Shown here piece after piece: positions 1 to 11,347 of a stretch of DNA of 64,000 nt (positions are counted from its first letter, which is position 1; every line of letters starts with the position of its first letter). A program made the translations under genes and the position numbers. Source of the stretch: Carcharhinus amblyrhynchos (taxonomy: Eukaryota); NCBI GenBank assembly GCA_965287045.1, contig OZ336877.1, forward strand, positions 66,712,001-66,776,000, read 5' to 3'. The notes beneath the pieces were generated by a model. That model was not told the origin of the DNA and searched no databases. It saw nothing but the letters and a program-made list of their open reading frames with translations.

Positions 1-189
1 AGATACCATCACAGTAGTGATGAGAGAGAGCACTGTCACTTTATCTGACACTTGCAGTCACCAGATCAGATACTGAGCCTTAGAGACAGTATAGAGTCAG
101 GATCTGCACCCAGTGAGTCACCTGGCACAGGAGCTTGTAGGCAGGCAAGGGAGATAGGACAAGCCATGTATCCAGCTCACTGGAAATGA

Positions 190-862
190 AGTCAGTTCTG
201 GACACTGCACTTTAGGAAGTATGTGAAGGCTTTAGAGAAACTGTATAAAAGATACATAGAAATGGTACCAGAGTTGAGGGGTTTCAGTAATGCTCAAAAT
301 CATTAAGGGTCTGGATAGGGTAGCTAGAAAGAAACTGTTACCTTTGGAGGAAGGGCTGAGAACAAGAGGTTGCTAATATTTGGCAAAAAGGACCAACGGT
401 AATATGAGGAAAAATAATTGCATGCAGTGACTGGTGAGGAATTTGAACACAGTAAAAAGTCTGACAACACCAGGTTTTAGTCCAACCTATTTATTTGATA
501 ATATACTCGCAAGCTTTCGAGGGGTTACCCTCGAGGGTAACCCCTCGAAAGCTTGCGAGTATATTATCAAATAAATAGGTTGGACTAAAACCTGGTGTTG
601 TCAGACTTTTTACTGTGTTTACGCCAGTCCAACGCCGGCATACCCACATCATGAGGAATTTGAATGCATTGTTTGAGAGTATGGTGGAGTCAGGTTCAAT
701 CATTGCTTTCAAAAAGGCACTATTAGATGAGCACTGGAAGAGGAAAACTATTGCAGGGTAAAGAGAACGGGAGAGTGGGACTAGCTGAGCTTCACTTGCA
801 GAAAACTGGCACAGACAAGACTGGTCAAATGGCTTCTTTTTATGCTAAAATCATTCTATGAT
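190..862 (+). mobile_element. Old CR1 LINE 3' fragment, interrupted by a Penelope fold-back insertion
   Basis: Decayed CR1 RT C-terminal sequence (cagttctggacactgcactttaggaag..., equivalent to QFWSP..RKD..ALE) and a CR1-type tail ending attctatgataccatgattcta. Confidence 0.75.
446..650 (+). mobile_element. Short Penelope-derived fold-back element
   Basis: Perfect palindrome at 446-619 plus a 31-nt unpaired tail matching the Penelope terminus at 18941. TSD TGAGGAATTTGAA at 435-447 and 652-664. Confidence 0.9.
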
Positions 863-2735
863 ACCATGATTCTACTGTCACTGTTGGTTACCTTTGTTGA
901 AGCGGATAATCAGGAAGTGGTTATAGCTGCGAAATCTGAACTCATACCTGCAGAAGTATAATTATTAACCTGAGCTAACTCATTGATTATGTTATTGATG
1001 GAATAGAATCAATACACAGGGTATGTTCACGCTTCCGTGAAATCAAGCTGCGTCAATGATGGGAAACATAAACTAGTAACTGGGTTGCATGAACGGCCCT
1101 CCTTCATCTCAGTAGCCTGCAAGATTGAAATCAGGCTTATTCTCTAACTATACCCCATGAATAAGATTAAATACATAATACATGCTGAATATTTCATAAT
1201 GAGTTATAGAAAATGCTCAATCATTTATCTCTTAATAGAACTCTCATCAACTTCAAATAGCATAAACAAAATAACTATTTACATTTTGGACACATAGGAG
1301 GCGCATGGCTCTCATAGTGAGCATTCCTTCCAGATATACCGACTCTATAGAAAAACTGAACATTAAAGCACTCTACAGAAATTTAAAATATCGCAATAGC
1401 ACAGTATCATCATATTCTTCAATTGAAGGAAACTTTTGTTTAGAAATTTTTTTTTTTCTAGTTCTTACGCAGGGGAAGAGACATGAGAAGAAATGTTAAT
1501 TAACTCCTTAAAGCTTTAAAAAGAGTGAGAATAAAGGTTAGAATTGCATTTGAAAAGTTATGAATCTGAAAATAAAAATGACCTAATAGCAGGGGAGTAG
1601 AATAGAAGAACATTGAAGGAAACTAAATAACTGGATGAATACAGGTAAAGGGTTTAATTTTAATATTTTAAATGTTAAATTCTATTGTTAATGTTTATTA
1701 TGGCATTTAGAGTTAATTATTTTAGCAGTAAAATTATTTCAGTAGTTTTAGTTCTTTGACATTCCTGGTTATTTCTGCAGCATAGATTAACATTCATAAA
1801 ATTCCAGAATTGTCCCAAAATATCTGCACAAATGAAATCTAGATTATTATCACCAGAAGTACAAGTGTTTCAATCCAAAGCATATTTTTTGTGGGTGTAA
1901 AGATTACAGGGGATTGAGTATAGCTTTGATCATGTGAATTAGTATAGGTCTTGTATCTGAGACTCAAGGAGGCTGCATGCGTTGGGTAACTGACAATTTT
2001 CTTTGTGTAACAAGCCTGTGGTAATCTCAGTGATCAAATTGTAGGATTAAGCACAAGAGTTAATATTATCACAACTCTGACATGTGTTCCTGCTTTGGAA
2101 TGCATGTCTGAGCCTGTTATTTAATGCAATGTGGTTCATAGGAATGCAATAATTTCTTACAATTTTACATCCATTGTTTTGACTTTTGCTTCCCCTGTCA
2201 TTAGAGATTACTCAGTGAATGATGGGCATGACAGCATCTGGAAAAAAAGCACAAGTCAATGGCCAGCTGATATTTCCCTTTCTGAATATTCATTTGACAA
2301 CACTGGTGAACTTTGCTGCAATTGAAACATGGAACTTCACAAGCAGAAATATCAAAACAATGACTTCACACATAACATCATACCACATAACTTTGACTGC
2401 TTTTTGGACACTGGACATGCTCAGCCAAAATGGAATGGGACTCACTCACCCTTTCTCTTCCCTAATCTGACTAAATGCAATTTTAATTTGCAAATGGCAA
2501 GTACACCTGCCCCCAGCGAGCAGTGTCCATTTTAAATATGCGCTCTGATGACACAATTGAGGCCTGATCTGTTACTTTAATCTGAGGCCTGAGCAGGCGA
2601 GCAATGGTGCCTATCCAACCAGCAAAATCTGCTGGGAACAGCAACTGGAGCCAGAAGGGACCAAGTTTTCTTCACCCTAGTAAGGAAATTTTGACCGCCC
2701 CAATTCCTGGTAGGGGATTTTCCTCTTCCTGTATT

Positions 2736-4077
2736 GAATCATAGAGGTTTACAGCATTTGGTCCAACTTGTCCATGCCACCCTTTTTTTTAAAACCGAAG
2801 CTAGTCCCAATTGCCCAAATTTGGCCCATATCCCTCTATACCCATCTTATCCTGTAACTGTCTAAATGCTTTTTAAAAGACAAAATTGTACCCACCTCTA
2901 CTATTACCTCTGGCAGCTTGCTCCAGACACTCACCACTCACTATATGAAAAAATTGCCCCTTAGGCACTTTTGTATCTCTCCCCTCTCATTTTAAACCTA
3001 CGTGCTCTAGTTTTAGACTCTCCTACTTTGGGAAATGATATTGACTATCTTGCTGATCTATGCCCCTCATTATTTTATAGATCTCTACAAGATCACCCCT
3101 CAGTCTTCTACACTCCAGAGAAAAAAGTCCCAGTCTATCCAGTTTTTCCTTATAACTCAAACTATCAAATCCTCGTAGCATCCTAGTAGATCTTTTCTGC
3201 ACTCTTTCTAGTTTAATAATATCTTTTCTATAATAGGGTGACCAGAACTGTACACAGTATTCCAAGTGTAGCCTTACCAATGTCTTGTACGATTTCAACA
3301 AGACATCCCAACTCGTGTATTCAATGTTCTGACCAATGAAACCAAGCATGCTGAATGCCTTCTTCACCACTCAGTCCACCATTAATTTACTTTGTCTAAA
3401 TTAAACTCCATCGGCCATTCGTTAGTCCACCAGCCGAATTGATCAAGATCCCGTTGCAATCCGAGATAACCTTCTTCGCTGTCCACTGTGCCACCAATCT
3501 TGGTGTCATCTGCAAACTTGCTAACCATGCTCCTATATTCTCATCCAAATCATTGATATAAATGACAAATAACAGTGGACCCAGCACTAATCCCTAAGGC
3601 ACACCACTGATCAGGGCCTCCAGTTTGAAAAACAACTCTCTACAATCACCTTCTGGCTTCTGTCATCAAGCCAATTTTGTATCGATTTAGATACCTCACA
3701 CTGGATCCCGTAAAATTTAACCTTATGCAATAACCTATCATGTAGTATTTTGTCAAAGGCCTTGCTAAAGTCTATGTCGACAACATCACGTGCACTGCCC
3801 TCATCTGCCTTCTTGGTTACCCCTTCAAAAACTCAATCAAATTTGTGAGACATGATTTTCTACTCACAAAGCCATGCTGACTGTCCCTAATCAGTCCTTG
3901 CGTCTTTAAATACCTGTATATCCTGTCTCTCAAAATTACTTTCCAACAACTTACCCACCACAGATGTGAGGCTCACTGGCCTATATTTCCCAGGCTTTTC
4001 CCTTTTTAAACAAACGTACAACACTTGCCACCCTCCAATCTTCAGCTATCTCACCGGTGACTATCGATGATTTAAAT
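2736..4077 (-). mobile_element. CR1 LINE, 5'-truncated, frameshifted RT
   Basis: ORF pieces LGPLLFVIYINDLD (3396-3587) and YKTLVRLHLEYCVQFWSPYYRKD (3023-3370) are collinear with the intact CR1 at 42408-43775. Confidence 0.92.
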
Positions 4078-4485
4078 TTGAACATGGCCTCAATTTTGCA
4101 TGACTTCAGTGGTTGGGCAATTACCTCCCACCAGCATCAGGGTCTCGTTGATCAGGAAGTGCTTGCCATATTAATTAGACAAGTTTCTGTGCTGTCATTC
4201 TGGGATGGGCATGTGACTCCCAATGGGGCATTGGCACCCGAAGTAAAAACTGATGTACACAAATCTAATCCAGGGATTGAAACTAATAAGCAGAAAAAGA
4301 TTTTTTTTCAAGCTTGAGCCCCCAGTGTAGTTTCACTTGATAGGAAAGGATGCTAAGGTGTGGAAGTCATCTGCACAACCATGTTAACGTCCCCACCTCT
4401 GGAATTGTCAAGTTATTAATGTTAGTGCAGGGATTCTCCTCAACTGCCTCCTCCCAATGACTGATAAATTCCTTCCACATCCCAT

Positions 4486-4729
4486 TGTGGTTTTTGCCAT
4501 TGAGAACATAAAGGTGAACTTTCACAGACTTCATTAGTGAACACAAAAGGGATTTATTAATAAGAATTGTATAGCAGTCACCTGGCTGTCACTAGCTCCC
4601 AGAGTATCTTTCTCCCGAGGAACCTTTCTCACCAAGGGGTGATTCCACGCCAAGGTGATTCCACACTGAGTCCTGGTTGGTCACCCAGGAGAGGTGACAT
4701 TTACAATGCTTAAAGGGACAATCACCACA
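4486..4729 (-). mobile_element. Probable solo LTR
   Basis: TGTGGT...ACCACA inverted termini and a minus-strand AATAAA near 4555. No clear TSD, and the left boundary is uncertain. Confidence 0.45.
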
Positions 4730-4766
4730 GAGAGGCACCAGGCCAGATCTTGAGCAATTTCATCAG

Positions 4767-5310
4767 GATTTGATTTTGATTTGATTTATTATTGTCACAT
4801 GTATGGGGATACAGTGAGAAGTATTGTTTCTTGCGTGCCATACAGACAAAACATACTATTCATAGAGTACATGGGGAGAAGGAAAGGAAAGGTTGTAGAA
4901 TATAATGTTGCAGTTACAGATAGGGTGTAGAGATAGATCAGCTTAATATATGATAAATCCGTTCAAAAGCCTGATGGCAGCAGGAAGAAGCCATTCTTGA
5001 GTAGATTTGCATGTGATCTCAGGCTGTTGTATCTTTTTCCCGACAGAAGAAGAAAAATAGAGTATGCCCAGGGTGCGTAGCGTCCTTGATTACCCTGGCT
5101 TGCTTTTGTGAGGCAGCTGGAAGTATAGATGAAGTCAATAGATAGGAGGCTGGTTTGCGTGATTGACTGGGCTACATTCACAACCCTTTATAGTTTCTTA
5201 CAGTCTTGGTCAGAGAAGGAACTGTGCAAAACTGTGGTACATCCGGAAAGGAACGGTCTTTGATAATGCTGACTGCTTTTCCAAGGCAACCGGAAATGTA
5301 GATGGAGTGA
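4767..5310 (-). mobile_element. Rex1/Babar-type LINE 3' fragment
   Basis: ORF 4963-5181 (NVAQSITQTSL..IYTS.CL) matches the copy at 9632-9901; (AATCA)n-like tail at 4767-4790. Confidence 0.8.
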
Positions 5311-6387
5311 ACACACAGTGGTGAATTTGACGCACCGAGCGAGCACAAAAATGATTTTACTTGCTCCTACAAGGACTATCTGCCCCAAAAGTAGCAGAGG
5401 ATGCAGATCATGCATTGGACTGATCGGCCATCCCAGAATCCATCAAACTGGAAAAGGGATTTTCAAGTTATCAATCTTATTACTGAAAATTGGGAGAGCT
5501 GTGAATAAAACACACTGATCTCCATATCTGATTGTTCTGACTTTCTTTCCTGCATAAAACAGCACGTGATGAGTGTAAACATGAAATAGCTACCTCAAAA
5601 ATACTGTGCAGCAGCAATCCAACATTTATAAAGTGAACAAGAACAAAACTCAAGGTTGATACGCCCTGGAGTATGTATCTTATTAACAGGTACTTGAATA
5701 TGACTAATTTGCAGTGCAATGGTGTAAAAGTTGGGTGTGTGGAACAAATTGGACTGATCTTTCAAAGAGCAGGCACTGATACAGTGGACTGTAATGGACT
5801 TCGTCTGCGCTATAATATTCAAAAATTCTACAAAGGATAAAAGAAGTGGGGATCGACTGCACAAGATCCCATTAACAGCACAGTGTTCTTACTTGGATTA
5901 CTGTGCACAGATTAACCAACAGGTTTCGGCTGCTTTTTTGTTAATGTTTGCTGTCTTATATTAGTCGCAGTACGAGATGGAGTGTGATCAAGGCCAGAGC
6001 AGGTATCAGCAGAACGTCATAAGCAAACAATGCAGATAGCTGATTGTACATCATGGTGTAATTGGAAGCCAGTCACAAGGCAGCACAAAAACAACTTAGC
6101 GGCGTGCTTGGGTGATGTGCTTTCTGCCTCTGATATCAATCAGCTACTGCTTCAGCCCCCAGCTGATTAGCTGAAATGATCAATAAAATACTGTTGCAAT
6201 GGTCAGATCCTCGCTTTGAATTGCCCAGTTGTTTTTTATTCTGCCAGTTTTTCAACATTATTTTTAAATTGTATAAATCAACCGCAAAAATCATTGTTAG
6301 ATCAATACTTCACTTTAAATTCATTGGGAGACAACATTACTGTGAGATCATTAATCATATGCTAATCATTTTGCTAAGGTACTTAAT

Positions 6388-6769
6388 TTTATTCATTCAC
6401 CGGGCATGGGTGTAGCTGGCTGGCCGGCCAGCATTTATTGCCCATCCCTAGTCGCCCTTGAACTGAATGGCTTGCTAAGCCATTTTAGGGGGCAGTTGAG
6501 AGTCAACCACATTACTGTGGCTTTGGAATCACATATATGCCAAACCAGGTAAGATTTCCTTCCCTAAAAGACATTGGTGAACCAGATGGGTTTTTCTAAC
6601 AATTGACAACAGTTTACAGTCATCAAAAGATTCTTAATTCCAGATATTTTTTATTGAATTCCAATTCCACCATCTGCTGTGCCCGAATTTGAACCCAAGT
6701 CCTCAAAACATTTGCTGAGTGTTTGGATCAACAGTCTAGCGATAATACCAGTAGGCCATCACCTCCCCC
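6388..6769 (-). mobile_element. tRNA-headed SINE (5' head + 3' tail of the LINE family at 12660)
   Basis: Minus strand: A-box TGGCCTACTGG, B-box GGTTCAAATT, core AACCCATCTGGTTCAC..TTTAGGGAAGGAAATCT, and tail GGGCAATAAATGCTGGCC..GAATGAAT. Confidence 0.85.
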
Positions 6770-6814
6770 TTCACTGCATGCACGCAAACGCCACCTGACT
6801 GTAACTTGAAGATT

Positions 6815-7090
6815 GCATAGAATCATACAGTGCAGAAGAGGCCCTTTGGACAATTGAGTCTGCACCAACATGTGAGAAATGCCTGAACTCCCACCTAATC
6901 CCTATTGTCCATAGCCTTGAATGTTATGACGTGCCAAGTGCTCATCCAGGTACTTTTTAAAGGATGTGAGGTAACCCACCTCTACCACCCTCCCAGGCAG
7001 CATATTCCAGACAGTCACCACCCTCTGGGTAAAAGAGTTTTTCCTCACAACCCCCCTCAACCTCCTGCTCCTCACTTTGAACCTGTTTCT
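6815..7090 (-). mobile_element. CR1 3' fragment
   Basis: ORF 6902-7129 FTQRVVTVWNMLP..FKKYLD followed by a CR1 tail. Confidence 0.88.
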
Positions 7091-7241
7091 TCGTGGGTTG
7101 ATTGGGAAATTGCAGGATAACAGCTGCATTTTTCAAAATATTAATTTAACTGGATGCAAAAGTCTGGTCTGGAGGAGTCTGATTTGCAAAATACACCACC
7201 CCCTCTGCTTGCAAGCACCGTGCCTTATTTCATGAATAGTG

Positions 7242-7520
7242 TCCTGCACAGTGGATAATAAACGTGTTTATTTTGGAGCATCTTAACCTGGGCTTCAGTA
7301 ACATAGATTGAAGATCCTTCACATGCCAAAACATTGAATGTATTGAAGAGGCAACTGGGTATAGCACTTAGAGTGAATGGGATCAAAGGTTATGGGGAAA
7401 AAGCAGGATTAGGCTATTGAGTTGGATGATCAGCCATGATCATAATGAATGGTGGAGAAGGCTCGAAGGGACAAATGGCCTCCTGCTCCTATCTTCTCTG
7501 TTTCTTTGTACGTTTCTATG
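7242..7520 (+). mobile_element. Chimeric retroposon: 83-nt unknown head + CR1 tail (copy 1)
   Basis: Head 7242-7324 is 76/83 identical to 28725-28807, with the same junction into a CR1 3' end. Confidence 0.75.
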
Positions 7521-9559
7521 TCCATTCAGGCATTAGGTCAGCTCTGCGACTTTATTTTTGAACTTGAGCCTCAACGGTAGGAAAAAAGGAAACGCACAAC
7601 AGCTCAATAAGCATCTGGAACAGAAAAATTATTTATGTTTTGCGTGCAGTGCTTCATTAAAGTTGGCATGGTCATACAGGAGAAGCACCTTCAATCGGAC
7701 TGGACAAACATGTCAGAACATGCCCAAGAACTAAACAAAGAGGTGAGAGCAAAACAACAGGTAGAGATAGTTAAAATCTACTTTCAGAAAGAGGCAATTA
7801 GAAAATTTGATAATCGACCAACCTAAAAATCCAAGGCAGAGGAGCTTGCGGTGGTGGCAGTGTGTGACAAGATTGGAAGTGCTCCCTGTATGTAACTTCA
7901 GATGGGACAATAGAATTAAAAAAAAGCCACAATGAGGGTCAAACTGGGTCAAATTGCCAGATTTCAAATGTGAGAACTTTGGTTAGCTCCAACATCCATT
8001 ATCTGCGGCTTCAGCAATTTGTGGAAAAGATAAAATGAATGCATTAGAGTAACAAGAACAAAAATAACAACAACTTGCATTTATATAGCACCTTTAACAA
8101 AGTAAGACCATATGGAAATGTTTTTGGCCACATTATAAACACTCTATAATTTAAGTCAGCTACATAAATCACTCTACATAAATCATTAAAATCATGGCCT
8201 GAATTTTTCATCCATTAGGTACATACAGTCGGTGGGCCTGGAAGCAGCCAGGGCGAAGTGCATGCTGAGAAAGGTTCAGCAATGCTGGGGGAAATGGAAT
8301 GAGGGCAGGCACTGAGAAAAGGGAGGGTGAGGGCTGATACTTCCAATGTGCTGCTTCAGGGGGACAGCTGTTGCAGGTCTGTCTCAGGCAGCTGCAGGCC
8401 TGTTTGAAAAGAAATTGCGACAGTAAATCTCTGCACAGAGTGTCTAACTGGCAATGTTCAGACACAAAACTTCAGTCTCCAGACACAGTTTAAAATTATA
8501 ATTCAGCCCTGACATTTCACCCTGCTCTGGATCGAGGTTGCAGCTAAAACGTAAAGGTTGCATTGCCAATTGACCCACCCACCTACTCTAAAAGCAGATG
8601 AGCCACATAAAATTGCATCTAGTTGACCCTTTAATGAGTTAAATTGCCTGCTTGATTTTTGACTCTCACACACACCCACCAACTGAAATATTGCGCGAAT
8701 GTACAATGACCTTGGGATGCATGCCTGACATCTTGCCTGATTTCACGTGCTTTTAGGTGGGACACGCACCTGCCTGAGCAACATAAAATTCTGGTTTATA
8801 TATTGAGATAAAAACCTTTAAATCAATGGCCCCTAATAATAATTCTAAGGTGCAACCTAAGTGAGAAATACAATATCACATGGGAAACCCAGAAGAAGCT
8901 TCTATGCATCTAGTTACAGTGTTTTGGCACATTCTCGTATTGCTTCTGGCTTTGTGGTTTAATGCACAGTAGAGGTACAGACTTGTATGACATGATGTTA
9001 ACTAGAGCATTTTAAAGGGTCGCTGAATGATGGATTTTGAAGTTAGGAGTTTGAAAGAGGGAGAGATTTCAATGTGAATTCAAGAGATCAATAGTAACAC
9101 CTTGATTGAATGATGCTTCATTCCTCAGTGTGGCATCAGAAGCTCTGACTTGAAACATTGGCTCGACTCTGTCCCCGCAGATGCTGTCAGACCTGCTGAG
9201 ATTTTCCAGCATTTTCTGTTTTTGTCTTTCCCAGCAAGAGGAGGAAGAAATAAGAAAGTGTAGCTGGAAGTGGCTGAGGCAGTTAGCAACAAGAGCACAA
9301 CACCGGTCTCCTGGGTTCTGTGAAGAAAGTACTTTAATGGCCCAACCATGTCAAGAAAGGTGTGCTGGTTGCACATTCACCAATACCCTGCAGTGTCCTA
9401 GTGATATCAAACTGCTGCCTTATCAAAATTACTCTATCACATCAATCATTGCTTACGTTACAGGAACGCCATTTGTGTCTACACAATTCCTCATATTCTC
9501 ATTTATCGATGCAGCGCTGTTGATGTCTCACACTGATAATCACCCTTGCCAAATGTATT

Positions 9560-10052
9560 GCATCCATATACAGATGCACCATAGAAAGCATTCTTTCTGG
9601 TTGTATCACAGCTTGGTATGGCTCTTGTTCTATGCAAAACCACAAGAAACTACAAAAGGTTGTGAATGTAGCCCAATCCATCACACAAACCAGCCTCCCA
9701 TCCATTGACTCGATCTACACTTCCCGCTGCCTTGAAAAAGTAGCCAGCATAATCGAGGACCCCACACACCCTGGACATTCTCTCTTCCACCTTCTTCTGT
9801 TGGGAAAAAGATACAAAAGTTTGAAGTTACATACCAACCAACTCAAGAACAGCTTCTTCCCTGCTGCCATCAGACTTTTGAATGGACCTACCTCATATTA
9901 AGTTGATCTTTCTCTACACCCCAGATATGACTGTAACACTACATTCTGCACTCTGTCATTTCCTTTTCTGTGAACAGTATGCTTGGTCTGTATAGCATGC
10001 GAGAAACAATGCTTTTCACTGTATACTAATACATGTGACAATAATAAATCAA
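9560..10052 (+). mobile_element. Rex1/Babar-type LINE 3' fragment
   Basis: ORF 9632-9901 LQKVVNVAQSI..DPTHPGHSLF..KNSFFPAAIRLLN is the typical Rex-Babar RT C-terminus; ends TGTGACAATAATAAATCAA. Confidence 0.85.
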
Positions 10053-11054
10053 GTATACACATGCCAGACTAGTCACTTTTGATCTGTTCATTTGTAGGAA
10101 ATGAGGTCACAGAGCACCAGAGCACCCAAGGCAGCCATCAGCTGCAGAGGGGGAAACACTGGAAAACAATAACATCTTGAAATCCCTGGACCTCAGTGAT
10201 GAGGATCTCCCAGCTACTTGGTGACAGAATTAAATATCATCCACCTCCAAGCTGGCAGGCAGGATTTGCTGGGGACTGCTGGTCACTTCCTACCTGTGAG
10301 AGCTCAAATGGACTGATGGTATGTTTGTGAGGTTGAAAGTTAAAATCACCCAGGCCAGATTTCTGCTGCAATGAGTTAGCTGCAAAGTCAGATTTAGAAA
10401 GTTTCTTATAACTGTAATTATTGTTCAATGACTATTTCTTTAGGCTGCCAGTGCAATTCTATACGTTTCAAGTGCTTTTCAATTCTTGTTGAAAGTTTTA
10501 ACAATCTACAAGGAACGGTCTGGTTGGTAGTATTGAATTAACTTTTTGGTAACTTAGAGGATTGGGCGTAAATCAGTTGTGTCCAGACATGGGTGGCCTG
10601 TAAACCTTCCTCTTGGCATTGAGTGGAAGAATGAGCAGAGCTCAGGCATAGCAGGGCAGGGTTCAGGAAGAGGGAGGGGAGAGAAGGAAGGGAAAAACTG
10701 GCTCTTGGCAACAGACAATATCCATGACAGGCCTTTAAGGAGCAGATCTATTGGAGAACAGATTGCAGGAATGCTGTCATGCCCTTTGCCCGTTCCATGA
10801 TGGGCTTCAACCATCATTTAAATTAGATCAGTGATCTGCGAGTACCCGTGGCACAGCCCCAAAATCAAATTTAAACGTTGGGTCACTGTGTTGCTGATGG
10901 CAGCTCTCAGATATGTGCTGAGAGAAGGGATGACAATCGGGTGGGAGGACAATTAACAGCATCTCTACCAGTGTGGGGTGCAACACGTGCTCACATACCA
11001 TATTGAACATATTAGCGTAAAAAGTGCATGATGGAAACACATTTCTTACGCTAA

Positions 11055-11347
11055 ATTTATTAGTCACAAGTAGGCTTGCATCAACACTGCAGTGAAGTTA
11101 CTGTGAAAATCCCCTAGTTGCCATACTCTGGAACTTGTTCGGATACACTAAGGGAGAATTTAGCATGGTCAGGGCACCTAACCAGCACATCCTTGGAGTG
11201 TGGGAGGAAACTGGAGCACCCAGAGGAAACCCACACAGACATGGGGAGAATGTGCAAACACCACAAAAACAGTGACCCAAACCTGGAATCAAGCCTGGGT
11301 CCCTGGTGCTGTGAGGCAGCAATGCTAACTACTATGCCATCGTGCCA
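11055..11347 (-). mobile_element. HE1-like tRNA SINE with a non-CR1 (Rex-like) tail
   Basis: tRNA-type head and body shared with 13277; the tail ends CTACTTGTGACTAATAAA. Confidence 0.85.

Noticed and set aside
953-1117. Possible minus-strand exon (TTGCAG acceptor, GTATGA donor)
   Set aside because: All three frames contain stops and there is no recognisable protein.
9181-9708. 175-aa ORF
   Set aside because: It runs across unrelated repeat fragments, is out of frame with the Rex ORF, and has no domain.
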